A stretch of DNA of 63,439 nucleotides, filler included, from Reticulomyxa filosa (taxonomy: Eukaryota; Protista; Foraminifera), in the NCBI GenBank assembly GCA_000512085.1. It is 22 parts of 22 records of this genome, joined end to end, with 100 filler letters (N's around TTAATTAATTAA, not from the genome) between each part and the next. Parts side by side here need not be neighbours in the genome. Positions count along the whole stretch, not along the records: positions 1 to 3,908 come from ASPP01016975.1; positions 4,009 to 9,466 come from ASPP01009674.1; positions 9,567 to 11,889 come from ASPP01018247.1; positions 11,990 to 15,071 come from ASPP01023042.1; 18 more parts are not named here. One strand, given 5' to 3'. Shown in pieces: positions 1 to 12,661 of this stretch (its first letter is position 1; each line of letters starts with the position of its first letter). Below the pieces are notes generated by a model. It was not told the origin of the DNA and ran no database searches. It saw only the letters and a list, made by a program, of their open reading frames with translations. The position numbers were made by a program, and so were the translations under genes.

Positions 1-17
1 AAAAAAAAAAAAAAAAG

Positions 18-438
18 AGATGTTTGGAAATAGCGAAAGACGACAAAAAGATGACATGGTGTCCAAAAGACTCCAATGATGCAAATTTTTGTGATGAAAT
101 GGAGCGAAAAGATTGGAGGGAGTATTTTGAAGACTTAAAACAATTGATTGGAGGACTGCCGAAGAATGGATATTTGAAAGACGAATATCAAAATAACAAA
201 ATACAGACTGCGGATGACTTAAAATGTATTTGGGCTGATCGATATGACGAAGATAACAGCAATACGTGGCTTTTGAAACTTCGAGTGATCTGTTCAGATT
301 CGTTCAAGCAAAACCCATGCAGCCAAGAGTTGAGAAATCCATATCTGCACGAATGCGTGGGAAAAAAATGAAGACAGTGAACAAGATAATGAGAATTACA
401 AATCAATCCAAAAAAAAGAATATTTCAACATAAGATTA
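18..438 (+). CDS. 5'-partial exon segment of the GTPase-caspase gene (PB1-like region), joined to 439 via a probable 1-nt homopolymer frameshift
   Basis: ORF 24-371 follows a poly-A...AG acceptor. The frame of the 439 ORF is open back to 334. Removing one A from the A-run at 362-368 gives ...HECVGKNEDSEQDNENYKSIQKKEYFNIRLMLELIKK. Confidence 0.6.
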
Positions 439-1770
439 ATGCTGGAGTTAATAAAAAAGGCAGAGGAAGCAGCATATGTAATGAAAGATCAAAATGTGAT
501 ACTGTTGTTGGGAGCCAGTGGAGCTGGGAAGTCCACCTTACTCCATTTCTTGGCTGGATCGACTATGGAGGAACAAATTGTAGACGGAGTATCCCATATA
601 GCCCCAGTGAAAATCAAAAATAAAGCATTGGCTAATGTTCGTGTAAGTGCAGGTGTAGAACCTGAGACACGATATATTACAGCTGTTCCCATCAATTTTA
701 AAGGGATGCCTATACTTGTAGACCTAGACAGTGTTGTCATTTGTGACAGTGTTGTCATTTGTGACACTCCTGAATTTGGAGATACGAGTGGTCCTGAAGT
801 TGATGTTGCCAATGGCCTTGGAATCATTCGAGCATTGCAAAATTGTAAAAGTGTTAAACCTGTAGTGTTGATTAGTTACACTGCCTTGGGCAATCGAATG
901 AACTGTGTCAAAGATTTAGCTCGTACGCTCGTATCTATTATTCCGTTCAGCGAAAATAATCTCTATGCATTCTCATATGTGTTTACCAAAATGCCTAAAG
1001 ATCAAAAACGATATATGCATGCATTTGCGAAGGACGCTTGCAATACATTTAAAAAAGAAGGAGATGAAACGATGGAACTTATTTTCGCAGATATTGCTAA
1101 AAAAACAAGAAAAAGAGTGATTGCACCGGATTTACTGAAAGATTCACCAAATGATTTGTTGAAGGAACTTTCCTATACAAATGATTTCATTCAAGAACCC
1201 AGAGAGGTCTTTCAACCCTTTGTTTCCGAAAGTTCTAAAGCAGCAGTTTATATACAAGTGCAAAAGCACAAAGAAGATATTTGGCTGGCTTATCAAAATG
1301 GAGATTATCGTGTCGCTAAAATAAAGTTAGATGAACTTACAGACCTGAATAATGTGTTGACACTTTCAACAATTGAAAATGAATACGATGATTGTGTGAC
1401 AAAATTGGCCAATGAATGGAATCAAAAATGTGAACGTGCCATGTCAATATTCAATCAACAAATTGCATCTCCACATCCGATAAGCGTATATGACGTATCA
1501 ATTTATCAGAAAGCTGTAAAGAAACTTATCTCTGCAGATGAACTACGAGTACATTTGAGGGATGCACTTTGTAGTGATGCTTTGATTAAAAACATCAAGG
1601 AACAAATCGAGCGTTTGATTCATGCAATTGAAAATGAGGATGAAAGTACATTACAAGTTTATTTGGATAAAATTGCACGAGTGCAAGACTGTTTCCCTGA
1701 ATTTTGTGATTATTACAGAGAAGCTTGTCAAAAGGTGAAAAAGAGATTAGGAAAAAAAGAGGATGTAAAA
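439..1770 (+). CDS. P-loop (TRAFAC, AIG1/septin-like) GTPase domain plus helical region; exon of the GTPase-caspase fusion gene
   Basis: G1 GASGAGKST, G2 Thr (PETR), G3-like DTPEFGDT and G4-like VFTK, followed by a long helical/coiled region. GT donor at 1771 is phase 0. Confidence 0.8.
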
Positions 1771-1840
1771 GTTGAGTATTGAATTTTAATTGTAATTATA
1801 TGCAATGATAGTTGATTTGTAACTATACAAATGAAAACAG

Positions 1841-2324
1841 AAATGGACGAAATGGTGGAAAGAAAAAAATGAAAAAGACAAAGAGGAAATTATTTCAAAA
1901 TTTGAACAATTATCAACTGATGATTTTGCAGTATGGTTGTTACAGCAAAGCAAATGGAAACTTGACTTAAACAATATAAACATATTATTAATTTATGGTG
2001 CAATTGGATCTTATATTGATTACCATTTTGCTGATAAAGTTTTGTTCTTTTTTTTTGTAAAAAGGCTCAATTACGAAAAGTTACTATCAAAAATAGGAAA
2101 AAAACAAAAAATGGATGAAATGGTGGAATCAAAGAGAACAAAAAGATAAAACAGAGATAATTGAAAAGTTTAAAACAATGACAAATGAACAATTTGGAGT
2201 ATGGTTATTAAATGAGTGCAAATGGAAGAATGGAATCACAGGAGATGATATCAATTCTATTCGTTTTTCCATTAACACTTATCTTGACTTTTTTATACCC
2301 GATCAAGACACAAAAGAAGATAAA
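1841..2324 (+). CDS. Two exons (1841-2038, 2097-2324), each encoding one copy of a ~65-aa Trp-rich repeat
   Basis: KWTKWWKEKNEKDKEEIISKFEQLSTDDFAVWLLQQSKWK aligns with KWMKWWNQREQKDKTEIIEKFKTMTNEQFGVWLLNECKWK. GT-AG introns 1771-1840, 2039-2096 and 2325-2389 are all phase 0 and preserve the frame. Confidence 0.75.
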
Positions 2325-2389
2325 GTTAAATATTGTGCAGTCTTTCAATCTTATTTTTGATAGAATAATGATAACAAAATATAAAATAG

Positions 2390-3364
2390 TTGACAGCATA
2401 TGTGATAGTGGATGAAAGAAAAAAATTGATAAAAATGAAAGAATTAACATTTAAAGAACTTCTTTGTCAAAGCTATTATTGCTTAGAACCAAAAGATTTC
2501 CAAAAAATGAATGATGAAAATTTAAAACTGCAATTGGTTGATATGAAAGATAATATGGTTGGATCTGATGAATCTGTGACGAAAGAATTTGAAGATAATG
2601 AACCCACATTTAAAATTATTTGGGCTCCGTTTCAACAATTTATAAAAATTGGAAAAACAAAAGTCATAAAAAATGCATTGGTGATAATGATTGCTATAAG
2701 TGAATATGATAATATAACATGGAATAATCTTCCTGGTGTAAAAGAAAATGATGTCACAAATTTCAAAAAATTATTCGAGCAAGAATTAAAGTATGATGTT
2801 GTATGTAATCAATCACCAAAAATGACAAAACAAGATGTACAAGCACTTTTGGTCAAAGTAATTGCAAATTATGAACTTCATCAAAACACACACAAATATG
2901 ATGGATTGATTATAATTATTTGTGGACATGGCAAGGACGGTAATATGTTGGTGGCAAGTGATGGAAAAGATGTGTCAATTGATAAAATACAATCGTCTTT
3001 CAATTGTAACGAAATGGAATCATTCAAAGATTTACCTAAGATTTTTATTATTGACGCCTGTCGCGGTGAAAATGCACCAAAATCGTATGAACATACAATG
3101 CGAGGAAAAGAATCTTTATGGGGCCATCAAGATGATGGATTTTTAATTATTTGGTCAACTACAAAAGGACACAGAGTAGTTGATTTGTCCTTGTTTAGCA
3201 AAAGTATGAATAAAATTGTCACGTCAAAATATAAAATTGGTTATCCGTTTAAACAAATGTTATATGATATTAGGACAGATATCCGTAGCAACAAAAGTGG
3301 CGAATGGTATTGTGTGGAAAGTCAAGACACAACGGATTATGACATCATCTTTCAACAAAAATAA
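2390..3364 (+). CDS. Caspase-like peptidase C14 domain with an N-terminal PB1-like segment; last exon of the fusion gene
   Basis: NALVIMIAISEY...LPGVKEND, catalytic ICGHG (His 2927-2929), IIDACRG (Cys 3059-3061) and p10-like FLIIWSTTKG. The ORF begins with TTG directly after an AG acceptor at 2389. Confidence 0.9.
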   Translation: MTAYVIVDERKKLIKMKELTFKELLCQSYYCLEPKDFQKMNDENLKLQLVDMKDNMVGSDESVTKEFEDNEPTFKIIWAPFQQFIKIGKTKVIKNALVIMIAISEYDNITWNNLPGVKENDVTNFKKLFEQELKYDVVCNQSPKMTKQDVQALLVKVIANYELHQNTHKYDGLIIIICGHGKDGNMLVASDGKDVSIDKIQSSFNCNEMESFKDLPKIFIIDACRGENAPKSYEHTMRGKESLWGHQDDGFLIIWSTTKGHRVVDLSLFSKSMNKIVTSKYKIGYPFKQMLYDIRTDIRSNKSGEWYCVESQDTTDYDIIFQQK

Positions 3365-3908
3365 AATGTTATTTTTCTTTTTTTACAAGAAATAAGCAAG
3401 CGTTCACTTGAAACTTTTGTCTTTTTTCTTCATTAAATTATTTTTCTTTGTAAAGTTGCAATTTGGTTTTGGATAATTATCAAAACAAAAGAACAAAATC
3501 TTCCGAAAATCTATATTAACTACTTGTTTTAAGAGCTGCAATATTTAAAGATTCTTTTAATAGTAATAGAGATGACCAAACCAAAGGTTTCAACAGCCAC
3601 AAATCACATTGACACTTTTAAACTTGTGAATATGCAGTGATTTTTGAATATCGCCTTTACATTTGTTGACACCTAATCCTGGTGTCTGTTCCAACAATAT
3701 TCTTTTGACTAATTTCAACAAAAATTAAGAATCAAATTATTTGTCCATTGCTTGTATTATTTTTCAAAACGTGCACATTTGTTAAGAAATGCAAAATTGT
3801 CAATAGATACGTATATTCAATTATCTCATTTCACAATTGATAGCCAAGCACTGAACAAATTGTGAAACATTGCCACAGCTTCATCAAAATATGACAGTTA
3901 AAAAAAAA

Positions 3909-4008
3909 NNNNNNNNNNNNNNNNNNNNNNNNNNNNNNNNNNNNNNNNNNNNTTAATTAATTAANNNNNNNNNNNNNNNNNNNNNNNNNNNNNNNNNNNN
4001 NNNNNNNN
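3909..4008. other. Artificial contig spacer (N44-TTAATTAATTAA-N44); first of 21 identical spacers
   Basis: The same 100-bp spacer starts at about 3909, 9467, 11890, 15072, 19166, 21599, 27041, 28332, 29946, 31319, 35133, 37282, 38475, 39575, 42406, 46296, 53330, 55165, 58399, 60539 and 62084. TTAATTAATTAA gives stops in all six frames, and genes are truncated at these points. Confidence 0.97.
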
Positions 4009-4009
4009 C

Positions 4010-6186
4010 AATGGCAATGGCAACAAGGTCGACTATGACAATGGCGGAAGAGAGCAGAAGAACGAGGAGAACGTGGATAGTGTAAGAAAGAGAATTGAGA
4101 ACGTTTCGATTGACGACGTGCGAGGAAAAGGAAAAGGAAAAGGAAAAAGAAAGGACATAGGATACGACGAGTTTGAAGAGGTGAATGTATTGCCTAAGTG
4201 GGTCGATAAAGAATTGGAATGGTATCGAATGGAGAGTATCGATACAGAGTATCAGGCTGCGATAATGGCGGAAACAGCAACAACGACAATGACAACGACA
4301 ACGACAACGACAACGACAACATTGACATTGGATCATCGCAAAGGAGTGAAAAGAGAGAAAGACTTGCTTACGCAAAAGTGCAGCTTTGTCGTGGACGAAC
4401 TCATCCGTGGCGAGTTGTACAACGTGCATCGATTCAAGTTGGAAAAGCATCACTTCAAATCGTATAGTTTGTGGCTGCTGAGTGACCCCTTTCCGCAGTT
4501 GCCATGGGAAAACATTTTACGTATTATTGTTCGCAGCTATTTTCACAGCACCTTTCGCTGTCCCATTTGCTTGTCCCAAGACTTTTTCATCCCCTTTATG
4601 ACCCCTTGTGGACACATCTTTTGTGGTAATTGCGTGTTGCATTGTCTGCACGAATACACTGTTTCCTTTTCGCACGTGCACACTCCTGACAAAGAGGCCA
4701 ACGCCGTCGACTTTTGGAAGTACGTTTGCGGCCCTTGTCCTTTGTGTCACACGCAGTTCCACTTCCAACAAGCGAGAATGGTGCTTCTGCACAAAGTGCA
4801 CAAATACAAGTCGGGCGATTTCATCGACTTTGTTTTATTGGAAAGAGAACATGGCACTGAGCATATTCAACCTGCTGGCCTTGTCGATACGCTTTCTGAT
4901 GCGGAAAAAGAACAAGAACACAAAGAGAAGATGACATACGATACAACAAACATAAAACATACAAAAAAGGACAAGAAAACAAACAACAAACACGAACAAG
5001 AAGACATGCACACGACGACGACAACGACGACAACGACAACGACGACAACGACATGTGAGAATGATGAATCGTCGTGGATTTGGAAATTCCGACGATTTGA
5101 TGTGATCGATGTTGAAAAAGAGAGCGCTTTTATACACGACAAATTACTGGAAATTGAACGATATAAGAAATCACTGTCTTCCCATGATTTCTTTGATGTC
5201 CCCTATCTCCTTTCTTTGGCCAATTATTTGGAACAACTCCAAGCTCATATCTTGCAATCTCATAAAGAAGCCCACAAATATGGTATTTTATATATTATAT
5301 GTAATGTATGACAATAATACGTGCATAATATGTATACATATATATATATATAATACCATATTATATACCCACGTGTAAATAATGTCGTTGTAATGACACA
5401 CTGTGCTTTGACATGTGTTTACATGGTATGGCGTTGAAAGATTTGACAGCTCAAGTCAAAATGGACAAAGTGATCGAAAACGAACGGATGGGCAAGAACC
5501 ATCAAATGGAAGAATTGTCGCAGTCGAAATCACGATACAGCTACGTGTATCAATCGATGGAAGGACAGTACATGTTGTTAGATCCTTTGAACTGGCAAAT
5601 GCTACGCTCAGAATATATGTCTTCGTCCCATCAAAAAAATACGATATCCTCCGATTTGCTGGAACAAAGGCTGCCACGCTATTTAAAGCACTGCAAAATA
5701 TTGCAAATTGAAAAGTTTACATTCACTCCACAGCTGAAACAACGATTCAAATGGCTGAGTTCTATTCTGCCTTTCAACGCCGATTTTGGATTGGTGGAAA
5801 TTGATATGACGAATCTTGTTTCCAAACAGGTGTATCAGCAATACCAACACGAAATTGAAAAAAAGGAACGCTTTCGACAACGAATGCAACAAGAGAAAGA
5901 GGCGTATGACAAGTTGCAAAAAGAGCGCCTTGAACGGCAACAACAAGAACAAAAACAAAAGCATGAACAGCAACAGTTGCTATTGCTTCACCAACAGATC
6001 AATGACTTATATGATCAGGGTTCTACTCTCATTGCCGACACTTTTTCTTCGGGCAATGTTTCATCTGATTTGAAGCAAGATCTTCTCTCCGCACAGCCGC
6101 TACTATCTACTACTACTGCCACTTCTACCAAACGCTCATCAGATAAAACTTGGTCAGACTTGCTCAAACAGCCAAAAAAGCATTAA
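4010..6186 (+). CDS. RNF10: RING finger E3 ligase, RNF10/Mag2 family (5'-partial; intron ~5283-5440)
   Basis: C3HC4 RING CPICL...PCGHIFCGNC...CPLC. The C-terminal motifs YVYQSMEGQYMLLDPLNWQMLRSEY and RFKWLSSILP match the RNF10/Mag2 conserved block. A phase-1 intron joins the two ORFs in frame. Confidence 0.8.
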
Positions 6187-7328
6187 AACTTCGGAATCAT
6201 CCATTCACGAGAAACAAAAAAACAATGATGGACAGCAACATCATTCGATTAATCCCAAACAACTCGCTCAATCAAAGACAAACAATGGGAAACAAAATGG
6301 AAATTAATATGGTAGTAACTATTATTGTTTTACTATTATTTTTTATTGGATATCTAATACTAACTTATAACAAAATAATAAGTCTTTGAAAAATACTTTT
6401 AAACAACTAGGAGGAAAATTGTTTTTCGGTTTAATTGTTCGAAATTTATTTCGAGATGCGCCTTTTATCTTGCCTTCAAGGAAAACAGCGCTGATTTTTC
6501 ATTTTTGTTTCTTCAAAGTCATTGATTTCCGTTCAACAGATTCTTCTTGCAAGATTTTTAATTGTCAAATGCTCTTTGAAACCAAAGAATTAGCTAATCC
6601 TGCCAAAGAAATTTTGAAGAATATCTTTAAAGATTTATAATGATTTTCGTTGCAATAAAGTTTAGCGGAAACAGTAAACAAACTTCAAAGAAAGAGTTTT
6701 TAAAAAATTCTGATAAAATATTTTATAGTACAATATATGTTAAATATCTAGGAAAAATTGATAACATTGCTTTCAAATAATCAACAATGCAACTTCGACT
6801 TTACATAATCTCGATTGTAACATATCAATAAAAACTAATTGAAGTATCACAATCTGATATTTCAAAATTAAGGACTCATGAATGTACATGATAAGCATGT
6901 TAACGAACACGATATGGAGTGCCAGAGTCTATCTGATTGCATTTTTGATCGTGCTGCGTCGCCAATAATTTCGTTATTTTCATTGACAATTATCACTTTT
7001 TCTTGATCTGATTTTTGAAATAATCTGCGTAATTTAAGTTTTTTATGTTACCTTTCGAAATTTTTTCATACACTTGAATTATTTTATTTTTTTTAAAAGT
7101 TGGCAGCTACGATTTTCTCGTCTTCTCGAAATTTGCATTTTTTTAAAACATTTTCTAAAAGGTCTTATAAAAAGATATTTCGTTTTTTAAACGATCATTT
7201 AACAAAATAATTTGGTTGCGCCTTGGAACCCAAAACAAAAAGGAGCTTATCCGATAATTCTTTAAACGTTTTTCATCCAAAACATGATATGTTAATTTTA
7301 ACAAACCCAACTAAGGGTTATTTGCACC

Positions 7329-8959
7329 TCAAAAACTAATTTTAAGACACAGAACCAACATTACTAACGAAACGAGACCAGTAGACATCATAGTAGCTGA
7401 GCTTGCTTCTGTTGCTGCTGTTGTGGTTGTGGTTGTGGTTGTGGTTGTGGTTGTTTGCTTTTTATGATAACACTTTTCACTCGCGGAACAATAATTGTCA
7501 GTGCCTATATTGTTAATATTTTTTGTGCACATTAAAAACAAGTAATTACGTAATTTTTTTTATAAACATACCGCAAAAACTCGAGTTGTAGCATTTAAAG
7601 TACGTGCAATTCCAGCACACCACCGCGTCGGTCTCGTCGATATAAGACCAAGTGACATTACCGAGGGCCTTGATTGATTTTGCATTTTTCTTATCCTCCC
7701 AAACGGTGCAATGTTGTAAGTTCAACTACAAAAAAGTAAGATTTCACAAAACAAAAAAAAATGGGGCATTACATTGCATACAAATTTTTTTTGCAACTCA
7801 CTGAAAAGTTTTTATCCACGATATTGTCAACGGTAACCGTCGCAAACGGAAATATGTCAGTATACATTTGTTGATAATCGATCGTTTGGTCCACCTTCAA
7901 AAGAGTGACATTACTTGAATAGTCTGTCAGAGGACTGGAACATCGTTGTGTTGTACTGTCTGATACACAGCTGAGTTTCTATCCAAACAAGTTACATATC
8001 ATCACTCACACTTGCAATTGCAGTCATCAAACATCGTACATAACAACACAGGCTTACACGAAAAAGCCTAATGAACTTAACAGCAGTGTAAACAGGGTAT
8101 CCCGTGCTGACACCAAGACGCCGGCAGCCGTTGTCTGCTACTTGGATGGTGAGTTGATTAGTACAGCTGTTGTCGGAATAAGTTGTTGTCACGTAGCCAT
8201 CCCCAGTGCAATTTGTTCTGTTCAAAGTTGTACATAAAACAAATAATTAATTAGTCACTTGTTTTGAAAATTAGGCCCCTTCTTGAAGCCTTATTTTAAA
8301 ACAAAACAAAAAAAAATGTATTTGTTTTTTTACTTGCTATAAATTGCTGTGCCATTTACTGAATTGCTATAAACACACACATCTTGTGAAATTAATGTGA
8401 TGGCTAAGGGGTCCGAACCACTCGCCCATCCATTACAAGAAACCAAATATTGAGCCATTTCAATGTAGTTCGTGGTGCCATCGCAAACTGCATAGCCCCC
8501 CATTCCGGGCGTATTTTTTATTGTAAACGACTTGCTTGTGGCAGTTCCACTGCATTTATTCGTCGTAACGGGACTGTCACAAGCGCTAGCCGCATAGCTC
8601 TAATTCAAAATAAAATAAAAAAATGGGTCGGAAGAGGGAGGCCAGAAGAACGAAAAAATTTTAATGTATACGTTCTTTCAAACTTACGTGTCGAGTTATT
8701 GTGTTGTTCGAGCAAGTGAATATCGCATAACCACAGCCATCTGCTGCCCCAACTGGAACACAGGTGTCCAAGGGATATGGGACTAATGCGTTATTACCAA
8801 GGGCGGTATAGTTCCCAATGAAGTATTTGCTTCCAGCGGAAGCAAGAGTCTTTCATTGTTGTTTATTTTTAAGAAAAATTCATGCCATGAAAGTCCTTTT
8901 GCTAGATAAGACTAATGAAAACCTACCGTAGTCAAAGCTAAGCCGAGAAGAGAAATCAT
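7329..8959 (-). CDS. Multi-exon Cys-rich secreted, probably GPI-anchored surface protein
   Basis: Starts MISLLGLALTT|TLASAGSKYF (signal peptide split by an intron). Cys/Thr/Asn-rich exons include YPLDTCVPVG and TTTYSDNSCT. It ends in a poly-Thr stalk, ASSA and a hydrophobic tail LVSLVMLVLCLKISF-stop. Confidence 0.7.
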
Positions 8960-9568
8960 GGTGATAAATCTAGCAACAACAAAAACACAAAACAAAGGAG
9001 TGCTCCTAACGTTCAAAAAAAACAGTAGGCTTCGCGATAAAGTTGGCATTATGTCAAAACAACGAAAACATAGTTATTATTTTGATCAAAATAACATTTA
9101 AAACAGTAAGTAAAAGATTGCCACACTTGTTTTGAGGAAAATGTTTAAGTTTGCTTTGGGTCCGTTTACATTAAAATGTAAAACGTTAAAAGATGAAGTG
9201 AAACAAAATTTTTGTTTAAACCTCTTTTAGATATGCCAGTAGGAACGTGTCTTAAAATTGTGGTCTGAGCTTTTTCAGACACCTTTTTAGTTGTTAATTT
9301 TTTTTACTTTTTAATGTTTGCTGCTTTTCGTTTTTGTCTTTCTACTGTGGCTTATCTCTGGCTTTTACGGCTTCTCCTGTTGAATTTTTCTGAATGTGCC
9401 ACACTTTTCGCTTGTTCGCGAAATTTCGTAGTGCAACAGGTTCTTGAGAAAATTAATTTTTAAAGTNNNNNNNNNNNNNNNNNNNNNNNNNNNNNNNNNN
9501 NNNNNNNNNNTTAATTAATTAANNNNNNNNNNNNNNNNNNNNNNNNNNNNNNNNNNNNNNNNNNNNCC

Positions 9569-11870
9569 TTGGCAAAGATAAATGGATGGGATTACGTCCG
9601 TGGCTTGTCCGGCAAAATCATGGAGCTGATGCCTTCCCCCTTGCCAGGCTACGACAAACAAATGAACAGAATGGAGTTGGTGCAACAGTGTCTGTTCTTG
9701 GCGTGTTCTCCAAGACTGGTCGAATCTGATGGCGGCGCGCTGCTCTTGAACGTGTTGTTTGACAAATTCGTCCGCAATCTGTGCATCTCCTTCAATCTGC
9801 AGAACATATTGCAAGGGCAATCCTTTCGTACCTTTGCCGAAGAAAAAGATTGTAAAACTGAAGATTTCGAAACAAAGCAATGTAAAAAAAAAAATTGTTT
9901 TGTTTATATATATGCATATACACATATATAAACAAAACAACTTTTTTTTGTTTTGATATGTATACGTCGTTTGTATGCTCATCTTCCTCTTTTGAATATA
10001 TTAAAAAAAAAAAAGACGAACGAATGGGATGCAATCTATGGCTTTTTAAACTCTTTGAATGAGTTGCTGTCCTCACATATCACGATGATATCGGAGACAC
10101 CGTTTCATTTACGCTACAAATCGCCCAAAGATCGCATCCACGGTTTCCTGACGTTTTTGCGCCAAGTGTTGCCGCAGTTGAAATTGCGAGACGTTTGGAA
10201 CAGTAATCAGTGGACCGTGGAAAAGAAGGCACAGTGGGGAGAATTGCTCCGTCGCTTGCTGGAAAATGTACTTCAAATTGGGCACTTGTCATTGGAGCTG
10301 CACACCAGAGGTATTCCAAGCAAACATATATCATATAAACATATGTACATATATATTTACATATATATGATATATGTTTGTATATATAATGGAAAATCAG
10401 ACCCGACAAAGAAGTCAATAGAGGTAACGAGAGACCAGAATGACGAAATAGTCGAAGAGGACAACGGAGGCGTGCAAATGTTAGGAGTGGACTGTCGAGG
10501 CCACATGCAGTTTTCAGGGCTGACTGATTACAGTGACCAGCAGAGTGAGCAGATCATTGTGGTGAGCTCGTGGCTCGGTGTCAAAGAGGCGTGCTGGTGT
10601 CTGGCCCAGTTTGTGGAGACTTGTCCATTGCCGAAGCACGACACCACCGAAAAACACATCTTTTATCCAATGGAGAAAAAGCATGTTGTCGACGTTGGAA
10701 AGTTCTTCTTGCAGACACTCCAAACTACTTGTCACAGTGGAGTCATTGAAAAGAGTCACATCGGTTTTACCTTGGTATGCAAAGAGTTACTCGACTCAGG
10801 TAAAATCTCCTTTGCACTTTTTTTTTTGGGAAAAAAAAAAAATTAGAAAAACAATGAGCGGACTTTGTTCTGTTTGTGTGTCGGGAAAAAAAAGGTATTC
10901 CAATGCTAATTGAATTGGTCCACTCATGGCTAAATGATAGTCTTCGCTTCATTCACAATGAAGGAGAGCATCATTGGATTCGACGATCTGCCGGCTTCCC
11001 TTTTATTTTCATTTCCATTTTAAAAGTTTTTTCAATATGTGTTTGTATATATATGTATGTGTATATGTACATATTTTTGTGTTTATTTTTTTTTTTTAAA
11101 AAAAAAAGGCTGAGTCCAAAGTATTGTCAAGTGAGCTGAGGCTGTTAAAACGAACGATGGAGGAGTTGCTAGACATTGCTCGAGACGATAAGCAATGGGC
11201 GTCAAAAGTTGTCGCGTTGAATGTGTTAACTTTTATCTTTAAAAACGCATCGTTTGGAAAGTCTGTCGTCGCTTACATCGCAGAAGCATTTCAAATCGCG
11301 TTGCCAGGCAATGTCACTTCTTTTTCTTTTTTTTTTTCCTTTAAAAGCGACAGAAGAACATTTATTATATATGTATACATATACATATATATAGGCTTTG
11401 CTCATAATGAATGGGCTGTACGTAATTCATGCATGCTCTGTTTCAGTGCGATATTGTCTCGAGCAATTCTTCGCACGGAAACATTGACGACTATGGAGAA
11501 AGAGAACCGATCTGGTGCAAACGAATTGGCTGCCACCAACGAGGAGATGAATTTGTCGCTGGCCTTCAATGGCGAAGCCGGCGACGAAGAAGAGAGGTCA
11601 CAGCATACATTAATCCCGGTAAAATTCTTGCATCCATCAAAGATCACTGCAGACACGAATTCCGGCGTTGGCCATTCCGAAACCGCATTGTGGCTATTGG
11701 AACAGAGTCAGGCAATGTCCTCGCTCCAAAACATTGGCACTACAGCGTCGTCGTTTTTTATCCAATTCCCGACTCTGCACCCTTTTCTTTTGGAACATTT
11801 GCAATACTCTACACATAGTGATTCACATTTACATCCGTGTTTATTCCCTCTGCTGTTGCTGTTGTCAGTT
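9569..11870 (+). CDS. THADA: THADA/Trm732 (DUF2428) family protein, internal multi-exon fragment
   Basis: Motifs ESDGGALLL, SWLGVKEA, CHSGVIEK, IRRSAGFP, WAVRNSCMLCFSAIL, FFIQFPTLHPFLL and LHPCLFPLLLLLS. Confidence 0.85.
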
Positions 11871-12661
11871 ACGAAACTCATACCTTTTTNNNNNNNNNNN
11901 NNNNNNNNNNNNNNNNNNNNNNNNNNNNNNNNNTTAATTAATTAANNNNNNNNNNNNNNNNNNNNNNNNNNNNNNNNNNNNNNNNNNNNATAACTAATTA
12001 TTTTACAATTATTTTATCATAATTTTACTTTGGAACTGTCAGTGTTGTTGATTTCTTGTACTGTACATTTAATAATTATCAATTAACTGTTCAAAATACT
12101 TCGACTGAACTTATGCAATACCATACTAAAGAATTGTTACTGTCAATGAAAATTGTGTTAGTGGTCACTTATCAATTGATGCAGTGTATCAATGTAACAA
12201 AGTAAAAATTGATACAAAAAAAACTAAAATCAAACAAAGGCAAAACTAAAAAGAGAACTTTTAACATAATCACTTCAATGGGTGGCATTTTAGGCATGCA
12301 GTTTTTTTTCCAACTTTAGCACGCATTCCAAACACAATCAAGTTTCATTTACACTGTTGAAAAAAAGAAAAAAATAACGATGTTCCAATTTATTTGTTTG
12401 TAGCAGTTCTATGGACGTGAATCAAAAAAATCTTCGATTATCATCAATATCCAAGACTTTAGAAATGATACAACATATTTTTCATTTGAATGTGACATAA
12501 ACAAATCTTCATTGTAATTGCAAAACATTAGCAGGTGAGCATATAATGTAATGTTCAAACTGAAGAACGAATGATATTTTTCATTCAATTTTTTGGCTAG
12601 TATCTAGGAGTGGAAGTGGCTCTGCACGGGGAGAACGAAGTCTAGATTCACTTCCCATGAA

